Part shown: one piece after another, positions 11,591-21,990 of the stretch
How positions within the stretch are numbered: position 1 is the first letter of the stretch
Layout of the letters: each line of letters opens with the position of its first letter
Origin: Uloborus diversus
Taxonomy: Eukaryota
Reading direction: 5' to 3'
Length of the DNA: 64,000 nucleotides
NCBI RefSeq assembly: GCF_026930045.1
Contig: NC_072731.1
Coordinates: forward strand, 138,010,156 to 138,074,155
Made by a program: the position numbers and the translations under genes
Notes under the pieces: model-generated
Database searches by the model: none
What the model saw: only the letters and a program-made list of their open reading frames with translations
What the model was told of the DNA's origin: nothing

Positions 11591-14500
11591 TTATTCGTTC
11601 CCTTCTAGGGGAAGAGGGCAAATTTTCGATATTGCTCTTTTTACTACACCTGATAGTGTTTTAATTTCTAGCACTCTAACCTTTCCATCAGAACCAGCAA
11701 TGATCTTAAGGATTCGACCTAGAGACCATTTACAAGGGGGTAAATTTTCATCTTTAATGATCACCATGGTTCCTTCTTTAAGATTTTTCTTTTCAATGAA
11801 CCATTTATTTCGTTGTTGAAGGTGGTTAAGATAATCGTGCTGCCATCTTTTCCATAGATTTTGTGACATTTTAGTGATTTTTTGCCAACTAGACAGCTTG
11901 TTATCACTAATACTACTGATATCTGGTTCCACTATCGACGTTATTGGACGACCTATCAAGAAATGAGCTGGCGTTAAGACTTCAATTTCGTTAGGGTCCG
12001 ACGACAAAGGGAGTAAAGGGCGAGAGTTTAAAATGCCTTCTATTTGGACAATCAAGGTCCAAAATTCCTCTAAAGTTAAAGGGGAACTACCTACTGATCT
12101 TTTGAGGTGGTGTTTAAAAGATTTCACCCCAGCCTCCCATAATCCACCAAAATTGGGTGAGCGGGGAGGGATGAATTTCCAGTTAATAGCCTCAGAAGCC
12201 AAATAATCACTTAAAGTGTCGTCAGGATTTTTAACTAAGGCATGCAATTTTTTAAGCTCAGTATTTGCACCAACAAAAGTAGTGCCATTATCCGTTAAAA
12301 TTGTGGAACTTTTACCTCTGCGAGCGAAGAATCTTTTAAGGGTAGCAATGAATGATTCTGATTTTAAATCAGTTACTATATCTAAATGTATTGCCTTGGT
12401 TGCGAGGCAAACGAATAATGCTACAAAAATTTTATTGAGAGTCCCTTTTCTTTGATTTTTGTATTTAATGGAGAAAGGACCACAAAAATCAATTCCACAC
12501 TCCTTAAAAGAGGGACTAGGGTTTACTCTTTCTGAGGGTAAATTTCCCATTATTTGATTGATTCCTCTAGGTTTATTTCTAAAACAGACAAAACACTTAT
12601 GAACAATTTTACGAGCTAGTGATCTTCCATTAATTATCCAATAACTTTGCCGGACATGATGCAATAAAGCTTGTGGTCCAACATGAAAAAACTTCTTGTG
12701 AAAATATTCAAAGATAATTTCACTCAATTTGTGGTCGTGGGGCAATACAATTGGGTGTTTTTTCTCATAGCTAAGATTAGAATGGTCCAAGCGACCTCCT
12801 ACTCGAAGTACACCTTCTGGATCTAAAAAAGGGTTCAAATACTTTAATTTACTCTTACCTGAAAGACAACTCTCATTTTTCAGATTTTGGATATCTTCAG
12901 CAAAACAAATCGTTTGTACCTGTTTAACCAAACAGGTTTCACTACTTTTAAGCTCTATTGCTGTCAGTGGTCCTGACCTTCTGCTATTTAAATTTCGACA
13001 GTTATAAACAAATCTAAAAATAAAACTAAAATTTCTAATTAGTTTCATAAAATTATTGCTTATAGAAAAAAGATCATTTCTAAAGTCATTAGGTGTTGGT
13101 GAAACAGCTAACTTTGTAAGTCCACACAGGCTGGTAGTTTCTTTAGTGGAAGTATCAGTAGAAATGTCCTTCATTTCTTTCAATATTATTACCTGGTCCT
13201 CTGAGGATAGATGAGGGCTTGCTGGTTCAGGGAAACTATTAGGACGAGTGAGAAAGTCCGGGCCATACCACCAAAGGGAATTGTCCACCAAGTCTGTAGC
13301 ATCTAAGCCGCGCGATATTAAATCACTGGGATTATCTCCAGACGCAATGTGGTGCCAATGAAAGTTCTGAGTATGGTGCTGAATTTTAGCCACCCGATTG
13401 CTCACAAATGTCTTTAGTTTCCATGGCGGGGTTTCGATCCATGCTAAGGCTATTTTAGAATCAGTATATAAATAGATACTTCCAATGTCCAGTTTTAAAG
13501 ATTTCAAAACTTTGACGACTAACTTGCTTAATAGCAGGCATGCTGAAAGCTCTAGTCTAGGTATAGTTAAGGTTTTCAAAGGAGCTACTTGAGATTTGCT
13601 ACTTATTAAGTGGCAAGACGTTTTGGAAGGAGATGAAGATTGGAGGTAGACAGTGGCTCCAAAGGCAATAGATGAGGCATCTGCAAATCCATGCAACGCT
13701 ATAAGTTTTGCACACGGGGTCAAAATGTAACGACTAATGGTCAAACTTTCTAAAGATTTCAAAGAGTTTGTGAAACGTATCCAGGAATTCGCTATAAAAT
13801 CTGGAACCGGGTCGTTCCAGTCTAATTTTAGTTTCCAAAGTTCTTGCATGAAGGTTTTGGCTCTGGTTATCACGGGTCCAATTAGACCAAGGGGATCGAA
13901 GAGTCGCACAATGTCCGAGAGTATAGTCCTTTTAGTTAATTTTTCACGGTGTTCAATTTTTACCTTGAAAGTGAAGACATCCGGTGTGGGTTTCCAAGTC
14001 ACTTCTAATGCTTTAGTTTCATTCTCTAAGAAAGAATGATTTTCCGAAGATCCATTATTGACACAATCAAGTAATTTGGAATCATTTGCTTTCCACTTAT
14101 GAAGGTGCATTCCAGCAGACTTCAAAAGTTCTATTAGTTGGCATTGAAGTTCTTGTGTAGCTTCAATACTGTCTTCTCCACTTAAGACATCATCCATGTA
14201 ACAATCATTCTTAAGGACTTCAGATGCTTTGCTAAATTTTTCTATTTCTTCTTCAGCCAGCTGTTTCAAAGTTCGTATTGCTAAGAACGGTGCGCACGAT
14301 GTGCCGTAAGTAACGGTGTTTAACTCAAAGGTGTCTACCGGGCCTTTAGGATCGGATTTCCATAAAATTCTCAATAATTTTCTTTGTTCTGGATTTATCA
14401 ATATTTGTCTGTACATCTTTTCGATGTCAGCGAGAAACACGAACCTATGTTTTCTAAAACGAATCATTATTTCGTAAAGCTCTTCCTTAACTTGACCCTT

Positions 14501-16885
14501 AAAAAGAATATCATTCAATGATTTACCATTCGTTGAAGGGCTTGAAGCATTAAATACTACACGGAGCTTGGTTGTAGGATTTTCAGAACGGTAAACTCCA
14601 TGATGTGGAAGATAGTAACAACCTGCATCTTCTTTGTTAACCTTGATTTTTGTCATGTGACCAAGAGTTTCGTACTCATCAATAAACTTATAATAAAGTT
14701 CTCGCATTAGGGGAGTTTTCTCCAGACGATTCCACAACTGCTGCAAACTTTTCTCAGCAACTAATTTTGAATCCCCTAAAACTGTCGGATCTTCTTTTAG
14801 CGGCATAGTAACTACGAATCTTCCTGTGTTCTCTCTGTGATATGTTTCTAAAAAATGATTTTCGCATTTTTTTTCTTCGTCACTGAGAGGAATAAATTCG
14901 TCCTCAACACTTTCTATTTTCCAAAATTTTTGAAGATTTTCTTCTAATACATCAGTTTGTTTTGTTAAACCGCAAAATGTCTGCAAACCTTGATTCCCTA
15001 GTGATCCGGAAACTATGTACCCGAAGACGGTGTTTTGAAATATTAAGCTAGAAACTTTTTGTTTTTCAAATTTTAGGATTTCGAAAAAAAGTTCAGCTCC
15101 AATAAGCACGTCTATTCTAGCAGATTTTCCAAAGTTAGGATCGGCTAGTTCTATATCTTTTGGTATTTCTAAATTGGTTGTATCCAGATCATTTGAAGGT
15201 ACCCAAGTTGTTATTTTTGGAACAATGTAGAATTCAATTGTTTTACTAAAAGAATTATCTTTATTTGAGATCCGTATTTGCATTTTGGATTTTATACTAG
15301 AAACGGTTCCGTTGATCCCCGAAACTAATACTTTAGCTTTCTTCTTCTTCCCTGATAAAGACTGAGCTAATCTATTCGTGGTCAGACTTAATTGACTTCC
15401 ACAATCTAAAATTCCACGAACTGGAATTCTAACGCCGTTTAAATCTTCCACATAAATAACAGAAGTTGCTAACAACACCTTATTTGAAATATGTTCTGAT
15501 CGAGAAATCTCGCTGCATAACGATTGCGAAATTTCAGACGATACGTCATTCCTAGTGCCGGGATCCTTTGAAGCGGAAGGAATATCCTTTTTATTTATGA
15601 GGCTATTACTGTCGCTATTTAGACTACGATTCCTAATTGGCGCCAAGGACTCCTTTCGATGAAGCAAACTATGATGTTTTTTCGAACAGATGGAACAAAG
15701 GAATGTTGATGGGCACTGCACAATTTTATGTTTAGTACTCAAACAATTCAAACAAAGATTAAGTTTTTTAGCTGTTAAATATCTATCATATCCTTCTAAT
15801 TTTAAGAATTTATCACACTTGAAAATAGAATGATTAGGTGATTGACAAACACTACAACTTGTATTTCTTTCACCGGCATTATTCTTCACCATCAAATTCT
15901 TAAATTTTTGGTTCTTTTCGTATGTTAAATTCTTAGATTTTACGGTTGCATTGCTATGTAAATTTTCTAGAACTAAGCATCGTTTTTGCAAAAAGGCTAT
16001 AAATTCTTCCCAAGCGGGTAATTCCGTGGAGGTCAATGAAAGTTCAAACTGCTTTCTCGTTTCTTTATCTAATTTTTTGAGAATGTTATTGATTAACATT
16101 ACTTCGGAAAATTTATTAAGTTCCAAACCTATCGTTTTGAGAGCCCGAATGTGCTTAAGACATCCGTCAACTACCGATCTTAGACTTTTTGCTGGATCTT
16201 GATTTGACACTTCCATTAATAATATTTCATTCATGTGAGAATTTACAATGAATCTTTTATTTTCAAACCGATCTTCTAAAGCCTTAAAGAGGGATGTATA
16301 AGAATCATCTTTACTAACTACCTCTAATGCACTATGACTTAAAGTCGATTTCAAATAATATAATTTCTGCGTGTCATTTAAGCTGTCATTAGAATCTATT
16401 AATGTGAGAAACTGCTCCCTGAATGTGTACCACTCCTGATAACTTCCAGAAAATTTTGGCAATGGCATTTCAGGCAATTTAAAATTAACATTCGAACTAA
16501 ATATTTTGTAATTATTCAAATCATTTCGATTTTCAATTTGATTACTACTAGTATTAGAAAGTAAGAATTTTCTCAGTCTTACCTCTAAGTTTTCAGAGAG
16601 TTCTTCAATTTCTGTGAAGACGGCTAGGTCCTTTTCTAAGTCTGATTCATCAATTACCACTTCAAAATATTTTAATTTTAATTCATCCAAATTTGAAACG
16701 AGCTTGTGCAGATTATCCAATTTCACTTGATATTCCAAGGAATCCTTTGTTCTTCCATCCTCAAGGAATGTTGCTATTCTTGTTATTTGTCCTTTGTAAG
16801 CACCTCTTTGGCGATTAAGAGTCACTAATTGTTCTTTACTCTGACGAGTAACTATACTATCTTTTTCCGTCATGATTAGTAACAA
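11591..16885 (-). CDS. BEL/Pao Gag-Pol polyprotein, 1764 aa, uninterrupted
   Basis: Motifs in the protein (aa position in brackets) are as follows. CCHC knuckles CSVCQSPNHSIFKC / CLNCLSTKHKIVQC (aa 344-391). Protease LDCGSQ (D494). RT core with YMDD (aa 896-899) and FLADIEKMYRQI. RNase H FADASS ... TDSKIALAWI (aa 1066-1150). Integrase zinc finger HH...C..C (aa 1409-1434) and DDE residues in GIDFCGP (D1465), LTDNGTTF (D1532) and E~1565. This domain order and the Pao-type protease are diagnostic of BEL/Pao rather than Gypsy or Copia. Confidence 0.92.
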   Translation of the reverse strand: MLLIMTEKDSIVTRQSKEQLVTLNRQRGAYKGQITRIATFLEDGRTKDSLEYQVKLDNLHKLVSNLDELKLKYFEVVIDESDLEKDLAVFTEIEELSENLEVRLRKFLLSNTSSNQIENRNDLNNYKIFSSNVNFKLPEMPLPKFSGSYQEWYTFREQFLTLIDSNDSLNDTQKLYYLKSTLSHSALEVVSKDDSYTSLFKALEDRFENKRFIVNSHMNEILLMEVSNQDPAKSLRSVVDGCLKHIRALKTIGLELNKFSEVMLINNILKKLDKETRKQFELSLTSTELPAWEEFIAFLQKRCLVLENLHSNATVKSKNLTYEKNQKFKNLMVKNNAGERNTSCSVCQSPNHSIFKCDKFLKLEGYDRYLTAKKLNLCLNCLSTKHKIVQCPSTFLCSICSKKHHSLLHRKESLAPIRNRSLNSDSNSLINKKDIPSASKDPGTRNDVSSEISQSLCSEISRSEHISNKVLLATSVIYVEDLNGVRIPVRGILDCGSQLSLTTNRLAQSLSGKKKKAKVLVSGINGTVSSIKSKMQIRISNKDNSFSKTIEFYIVPKITTWVPSNDLDTTNLEIPKDIELADPNFGKSARIDVLIGAELFFEILKFEKQKVSSLIFQNTVFGYIVSGSLGNQGLQTFCGLTKQTDVLEENLQKFWKIESVEDEFIPLSDEEKKCENHFLETYHRENTGRFVVTMPLKEDPTVLGDSKLVAEKSLQQLWNRLEKTPLMRELYYKFIDEYETLGHMTKIKVNKEDAGCYYLPHHGVYRSENPTTKLRVVFNASSPSTNGKSLNDILFKGQVKEELYEIMIRFRKHRFVFLADIEKMYRQILINPEQRKLLRILWKSDPKGPVDTFELNTVTYGTSCAPFLAIRTLKQLAEEEIEKFSKASEVLKNDCYMDDVLSGEDSIEATQELQCQLIELLKSAGMHLHKWKANDSKLLDCVNNGSSENHSFLENETKALEVTWKPTPDVFTFKVKIEHREKLTKRTILSDIVRLFDPLGLIGPVITRAKTFMQELWKLKLDWNDPVPDFIANSWIRFTNSLKSLESLTISRYILTPCAKLIALHGFADASSIAFGATVYLQSSSPSKTSCHLISSKSQVAPLKTLTIPRLELSACLLLSKLVVKVLKSLKLDIGSIYLYTDSKIALAWIETPPWKLKTFVSNRVAKIQHHTQNFHWHHIASGDNPSDLISRGLDATDLVDNSLWWYGPDFLTRPNSFPEPASPHLSSEDQVIILKEMKDISTDTSTKETTSLCGLTKLAVSPTPNDFRNDLFSISNNFMKLIRNFSFIFRFVYNCRNLNSRRSGPLTAIELKSSETCLVKQVQTICFAEDIQNLKNESCLSGKSKLKYLNPFLDPEGVLRVGGRLDHSNLSYEKKHPIVLPHDHKLSEIIFEYFHKKFFHVGPQALLHHVRQSYWIINGRSLARKIVHKCFVCFRNKPRGINQIMGNLPSERVNPSPSFKECGIDFCGPFSIKYKNQRKGTLNKIFVALFVCLATKAIHLDIVTDLKSESFIATLKRFFARRGKSSTILTDNGTTFVGANTELKKLHALVKNPDDTLSDYLASEAINWKFIPPRSPNFGGLWEAGVKSFKHHLKRSVGSSPLTLEEFWTLIVQIEGILNSRPLLPLSSDPNEIEVLTPAHFLIGRPITSIVEPDISSISDNKLSSWQKITKMSQNLWKRWQHDYLNHLQQRNKWFIEKKNLKEGTMVIIKDENLPPCKWSLGRILKIIAGSDGKVRVLEIKTLSGVVKRAISKICPLPLEGNE

Positions 16886-16952
16886 AGTTCTTCAACTAGA
16901 AATATTTTCAATAAAAATTCAGGTTCAATTTACCTGCGGCTGACGTGACCAA

Positions 16953-17312
16953 TGATTCGGCGATATTCTAAGTGGACTGTAAGTTTTGTTTTCAGTGATG
17001 ACTAATTGCTTTAAGAAAAAAGACTTTATAAACTATTTACACATATTTACAACATGATTCCAGTAATCATTTCCAGCTAACCAATATAGCTGTTCAAAAT
17101 TTAGGGACGAATACCCTGTTGCAAAAGAAAGCTATGCTCCGTAGCAGGAGCTCTACAAAAACACAACCATATTCGAGCAAGTCGGCGAACAAGCTGAAAC
17201 CAAAAACAGAGCTAGGCGCGCAGGCTGCGTTGAGTTGTTCTTCGGAGGCTCGCAGACGATTTCTAGAGTCCGTTAAACAATCAAGGCTTGTCTGTAGCGT
17301 AATGACGCAACA
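16953..17312 (-). repeat. 5' LTR of the BEL/Pao element (360 bp). It contains a 35-bp segment that the 3' LTR lacks
   Basis: It is a direct repeat of 11121..11445. The extra 35 bp (about 17018..17052) includes TTTATAAA. Confidence 0.9.
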
Positions 17313-17325
17313 TAAATGTTAAAAA

Positions 17326-18729
17326 ATGTCTACAAGATTTCTTACTGTAGAACAAGCTGTGGCTTATTTAGAGACATTGTCAGATTCGGATTTGTCAGAT
17401 GTAGATATATGCCAATTACCCCTGATGAACTAGGCAATATCACTGAGGAAGAATAGATGTTGACAAAGATAAAATCCTACAATTTTTTGGTTTGTTGCTT
17501 TTCAGTGGGTACCATTCTGTTCCTTCTGAAGATATGTATTGGAGCAGTTTAGAAGATACATCTGTGCCAATTGTACCAACAGTTATGCCTCAAAATCGTT
17601 TTCGAAAAATAAAAAACAACTTTCATTTGATGGACAACCATGAATTAAAACAAAATGATAAACTAAGAAAAGTTTTCCCTATTTGCGAAGAATTGTGTAA
17701 AAACCCTCAACAATTTGGTGTATTTTATGAAAAATCGAGCATAGATGAATCTATGGTTTCCTATTACGGACGGCATTCATGTAAAATGTTTATTAGATGA
17801 AAACCAATAAGATTCGGCTTCAAAATTTGGATGCTGTGCTCTTCAAGTGGATACCCATATTCCATGGAGATTTATTCAGGCAAAAAAGAAGGATCCCCTG
17901 ATGTGCAATTAGGATCCAGAGTTGTAAATGATCTATTATCAGTTTTGACTGACACGTCTAAGCATGAAGTATACTTTGATAACTTTTTTACATCATATGA
18001 CTTATTTTCTCAGCTATCAAAAAAAAAAAAAAAAAAAGTGTACGAGCAACAGGAACAATTCGTGAAAACCGAACTGGCCATTGTCCACGGAAATTCAAAA
18101 AAGCCCTTTCTCAAGAAGATCGAGGAAATTTTGACTATCGATCTGATGGATCAGTGTACATGTGCAGCTGGAATGATAATGCAGTGGTTACAGTAGCATC
18201 TAATTGTTATACACATGAGCCACTTGCATCTGTAAAATGTTACTCAAATGCGCAGAAATGCAAGATAGATGTGCCACAACCTCATCTTATCAAGAGATAC
18301 AATGAAGGAATGGGGGGTGTGGACATTTAGGATAAACTTTTAGGCTGCTACAGACGTCATTTGAGGAGTAAAAAATGGTGGTGGAATCGAGTAATTTTTA
18401 GTGATGTTCTGAATGTTTCAGTTGTAGCTAGTTGATTACTTCATTGTGAGTTACACGAAGTCATGATGAAGCATTTAGAGTTCCGAAGAGGAATAACAAC
18501 TGACCTCTTAAAAAGAGAAGTACTAGTAGAAAGTCATCCAGGGCCTCGTTGTCATTTACATAAACGATCAAGAATGTCTGACGGACATTATATTGTATCT
18601 GCATCCCAAGGACGTTGCGCGGTGTGCAAAAAGATACGACTAAGAAATGTGACAAACGACTTCACCAGCAATGCTTCCTTTCATATCATGGGCATTAGAT
18701 ATTTCTGTATTGGATTTTCTGAATTCTGA
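17326..18729 (+). pseudogene. piggyBac-family transposase pseudogene with multiple frameshifts and stops and an N-terminal deletion
   Basis: Fragments at 17326..17430, 17492..17800, 17831..18196, about 18198..18330 and 18463..18729 lie in different frames. They contain an acidic N-terminus (LSDSDLSDVD) and the motifs FSGYHSVP, MPQNRFRKI..LMDN, YYGRHSCKMFIR, KPIRFGFKIWML, VRATGTIRENRTG, YNEGMGGVD and a C-terminal Cys-rich CAVCKK. These are hallmarks of piggyBac (PGBD) transposases. About 70 aa are missing between the N-terminal tail and the FSGYH block. Confidence 0.8.
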
Positions 18730-18995
18730 TATGTACATAAATGCAACTTAAAATATTATTTTTTCCGTAATAATGTATGCTAAGATAAAAACCGCATTCA
18801 AAACCTCTTAGTTTAAAAAAATTCTCTGAAAAAAAAAAACTTCATGCAAAGCGCCAATGTTCCAAAAATGGAACACACTGAAAAACATAGTAAAAATTTT
18901 TTTTTCTGGAAATTTTATTTTATTTCTGTATTTACTAGACATAAATAGACATAATTTCAAAAAATTACTCAAATTTGATCATCCGTCAATAGTTC

Positions 18996-19008
18996 GGCGG
19001 TTAAACGG
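18996..19008 (+). repeat. piggyBac-like right 13-bp TIR, followed by TTAA
   Basis: Sequence ggcggttaaacgg|ttaa. Its reverse complement ccgtttaaccgcc differs from the left TIR ccgtttacccgcc at one position. Confidence 0.7.
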
Positions 19009-19164
19009 TTAAGAAGAAATTTATTAAGAATTCACTCAAAAATCAGGCAGGGCCCCCACACTGGCCCCTTTAGTTTTTTCTTAGTATAATACTAGTGGTA
19101 CCCGCACGGCTTTACCCAGCAGAATATTAAAAGGTCATCTGGTTCTCCTGACAGGGTCCGTACG

Positions 19165-19290
19165 GGTCGTGGGAAAACCTGGAAAGTCATGGGAAAAAAT
19201 AAACAAGTTTCAGACCTGGAAAAATCATGGAAAATTGATATTTTCATTAAAAGTCATGGAAATTTATTTTAAATCATGGAAAAATGTCTT
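19165..19290. repeat. Short tandem, low-complexity (C)ATGGAAAA-type repeats just outside the piggyBac right end
   Basis: catgggaaaa / catggaaaat / catggaaatt / catggaaaaa recur at roughly 25-30 bp spacing. Confidence 0.5.
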
Positions 19291-19997
19291 GGGCAATATG
19301 AAAGTAACAATAGCTAAAAGAGCCCTAGAAATATTGAGTGATTTAGTAATATTGCATATAAAATGAACAATCTCAAAAACAAATCTGAGTTTTGATATCC
19401 AATTTCATCTGCTTCTGCAACAGCCGCTCGCCTTTTTTTGTAATGTAATTTTACTACTGGGGCATCGCTTAGCTGACACAAGCTCGTCTACGTAGCCACA
19501 ACGTGTGAAATTTAAAGTTTCTGAGATTTCTCTGGGACCCCCTCATCAGATCACAAGACAAAATTATCATGGGACCATTTGGGAAGTCTACCCTTTCAAA
19601 CAAAAAAATAATTTCTCAAATCAGTCCAGGGGTTTAGGAGCAATTGGAAAACATACATAAAATGCCGCAAGACAAAATCATAACCTCCTTTTTTGAAGTC
19701 GGTTAAAAAGAAAAGTCAGGTTAATGATTAGAGCATTGCCTTTCAAGAGTTCTATAATTGTGACAAATGTGCATTAACAAGATTCTAGAAACATAAATGT
19801 ATCTGTATAAATTCTACACATGTTAATTTTTTACAAAATATATTGGGAAATCTCCTTCCCCCCCCCCCCCCCAAAAAAAATCTGTTTAATTGTGCACTCT
19901 ATTTATGCACATTTTTTTTTGTGTTTGCTTTGAAAGTTATAAAGAACCAACTTACTGCACTGAAAAATAAATATTTATGATTTACTTATGATTTTAG

Positions 19998-20033
19998 AAA
20001 TCTCTTCAACCACCATTACCTGGAGATCTAGCT
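19998..20033 (+). CDS. Host gene micro-exon; KSLQPPLPGDLA
   Basis: Acceptor tatgattttag|A, donor GCT|gtaagt; 36 nt, phase 0/0. Small exon, so lower confidence. Confidence 0.35.
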
Positions 20034-21365
20034 GTAAGTTTTTATGTGCAATCCCACAAATTAGTCTTTGCTGTCTACCACATATATTCTAAAGAAGCCA
20101 AGGGATCACCTAAATTTGATGTATTCCAGGTATAAAATCACACATTTTTTTTAAAGCCTTTTTAAAAAACTGTTTTCTTTTATTTATTTGCTTTTTATCT
20201 TGGTTAGCTATTTTGTAGTTAAATATTTAATGTCACTTCTAGGTTAAGTCCAACATTTTTCCTACTGTTAATATTGAATCCAAAATGCATTTCTTCAAAT
20301 ATCTTGAAAACTTATTTCTGCAGACACAGCCATTTACTTGCCCATGGCAGTATAAATGCAAACAAATCAAGTATAAAAAGGCTATATTTTATTTAAAAGC
20401 ATATGTTTCAAAAGATGATTTCTTATTATAAGTTTTACCAGTTGTGAAAGATCAAAACTTATGAGTTTATAAGGTGGTGGTATCTAGTTGAAAAGGGGAA
20501 AAAATGTGAGAGAGAGTTCTCTGTCATCTAAAATTGTCCAAATCAACCCTTTGTAAGGCCACATTCATCCATTAGTGCTACATTAAAATTGGTTTTTGCA
20601 TAAAGATAGTTAAAGAACATTAATTCATCTATGCCAGTGATGGTGGATCTATGACACGCAATCCCAATTGGAGTAATATGCCTCATACTATTCCGAAGTT
20701 ACTGGCAGAGACAAAATCTCAAAGAATAAAATTAAACTTGTATTGACTTATTTTTCTGTAATATTTGAGTCATGTTAAATTGTGAAAAGACATATTGTTT
20801 TCTATAAAAGAGTTAAACTCCCTGAACAAAATGTGTTTTGCTTTTTTGAAACTAACATGTCTACTGATTTTTTTTTTTTTTTTTTTTTTAACATAATGCT
20901 GCTGCAATTTTACTCTAGTATCAGTCATTTATCATTGTTTTTCTAGTTTTTCTAATATTAATTAATATAGAAATATCAAATACAACTATCAGAAATCAAA
21001 AGATCAAAAGTAAATACTATAGAGCTGCAAATATCAAAAATTTATTTCTATATATGGCATTGCATCAGAGTTGAATTAGGATTTTTCTGATTTCTGGCAT
21101 ATCGAGCTCAAAAGGTTTGCCATTACTTATGCCTGTAGTTTGTTGAAAGTATTTAACTTCACTTTTAACCTTACTCTTTTCTGATCGTAAGGAGGGACAT
21201 TTTAGCTAAATTTAAGCATCAATGTATTAGATGTCCTTTAAAAAGTGTTTAACAATCAAAGATGGTCAAACAATTTATTTTAGTCTCTAACATTGGTTGA
21301 AATTGTAGGAAAATTTTGCCCCCCTCTGCCTGATAAATAGTTAAGCTCTGGTACATAAACATATA

Positions 21366-21713
21366 GGTTACATTCGCATAGAGCTACTGATCGACCTCAT
21401 TCAAACGGTGACCAACCAGTAATGTTCCAGTAGAGCTACCAGTTGACCAGTTGTTGCCAAAGTCGTTCCAATGGCTTCAGCAGAAGTTCCACTGGTTGAC
21501 CACAATTTAAGCTGGTTGATTGAACCACATGACATTTTTGACCAATAATGAATATTTTTCACCTGCGCGGTATTTGTCTGTGCAAGTAACCGCATTACCA
21601 AGGAAAAGCGTTCGATTCAGCATCAGTTGGTGAACAACAATTTAGTAACCACTGACTTCATTAGCTGTCATGTGATCAACCAACCGCGGTCAACTGGTAG
21701 CTCTATGTAAACA
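21366..21713. mobile_element. Fold-back / MITE-like element (~350 bp) in a host intron
   Basis: About 30-bp TIRs: ggttacattcgcatagagctactgatcgacc and its inverted match gcggtcaactggtagctctatgtaaacataacc. No coding capacity. Confidence 0.5.
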
Positions 21714-21990
21714 TAACCATAGATACTAATTTCTTTTTTTTTTCCCTTTTTTTCCCTCTTGTGTTCGTGAAAATAAAATATTTCACACTTACATGTAGTT
21801 AGAGAATAAAAAGTTTTAAATGATATAAACGTATTTATTATGCATTTTTTTCATGTTTAAATTAAATTTTTTTCCCTTTTTTCTTTTTACAAAACATGAA
21901 AATAAATTTTAAAAAACTCAAATGTAACCATAATTTTAGTAAATAGATTTTGACCTAATGCCGATTAGTATTTGTCTTCTTTTTCAATAG

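Larger units (their letters stand above)
11121..17312 (-). mobile_element. Full-length BEL/Pao-family LTR retrotransposon (6.19 kb) nested inside the piggyBac-like element
   Basis: Two direct LTRs carry TG...CA termini. A 5-bp TSD TAAAT sits at 11116..11120 and 17313..17317. A single 1764-aa ORF has the order Gag (CCHC knuckles) - Pao-type aspartic protease - RT (YMDD) - RNase H - integrase (HHCC + DDE). A TGG-initiated candidate primer-binding site lies 1 nt inside the 5' LTR (element sense TTGGTCACGTCAGCCGCAGG), and a G-run purine tract abuts the 3' LTR. Confidence 0.9.
10373..19008 (+). mobile_element. piggyBac-like DNA transposon. It is about 2.44 kb without the nested LTR element, and carries a decayed transposase
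   Basis: It is flanked by TTAA at 10369..10372 and 19009..19012. The 13-bp TIRs CCGTTTACCCGCC (10373..10385) and GGCGGTTAAACGG (18996..19008) match 12 of 13 when inverted. This compares with the canonical piggyBac 13-bp TIR and TTAA target. A sub-terminal palindrome GCGCCAATGTTCCAAAAATGGAACA occurs near both ends (10382..10410, 10728..10757 inverted, 18849..18875). The internal ORF fragments have piggyBac transposase motifs. Confidence 0.75.

Noticed and set aside
12216-16202. Plus-strand ORFs 12216..12455, 13737..14039 and 15951..16202
   Set aside because: These are antisense shadows inside the 1764-aa minus-strand polyprotein ORF.
17492-18729. Treating the piggyBac transposase fragments as exons of a domesticated PGBD gene
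   Set aside because: The fragments lie in three different frames with in-frame stops and no splice signals between them, and they sit inside recognisable TIRs and TTAA. Decay of a transposon copy is the simpler explanation.
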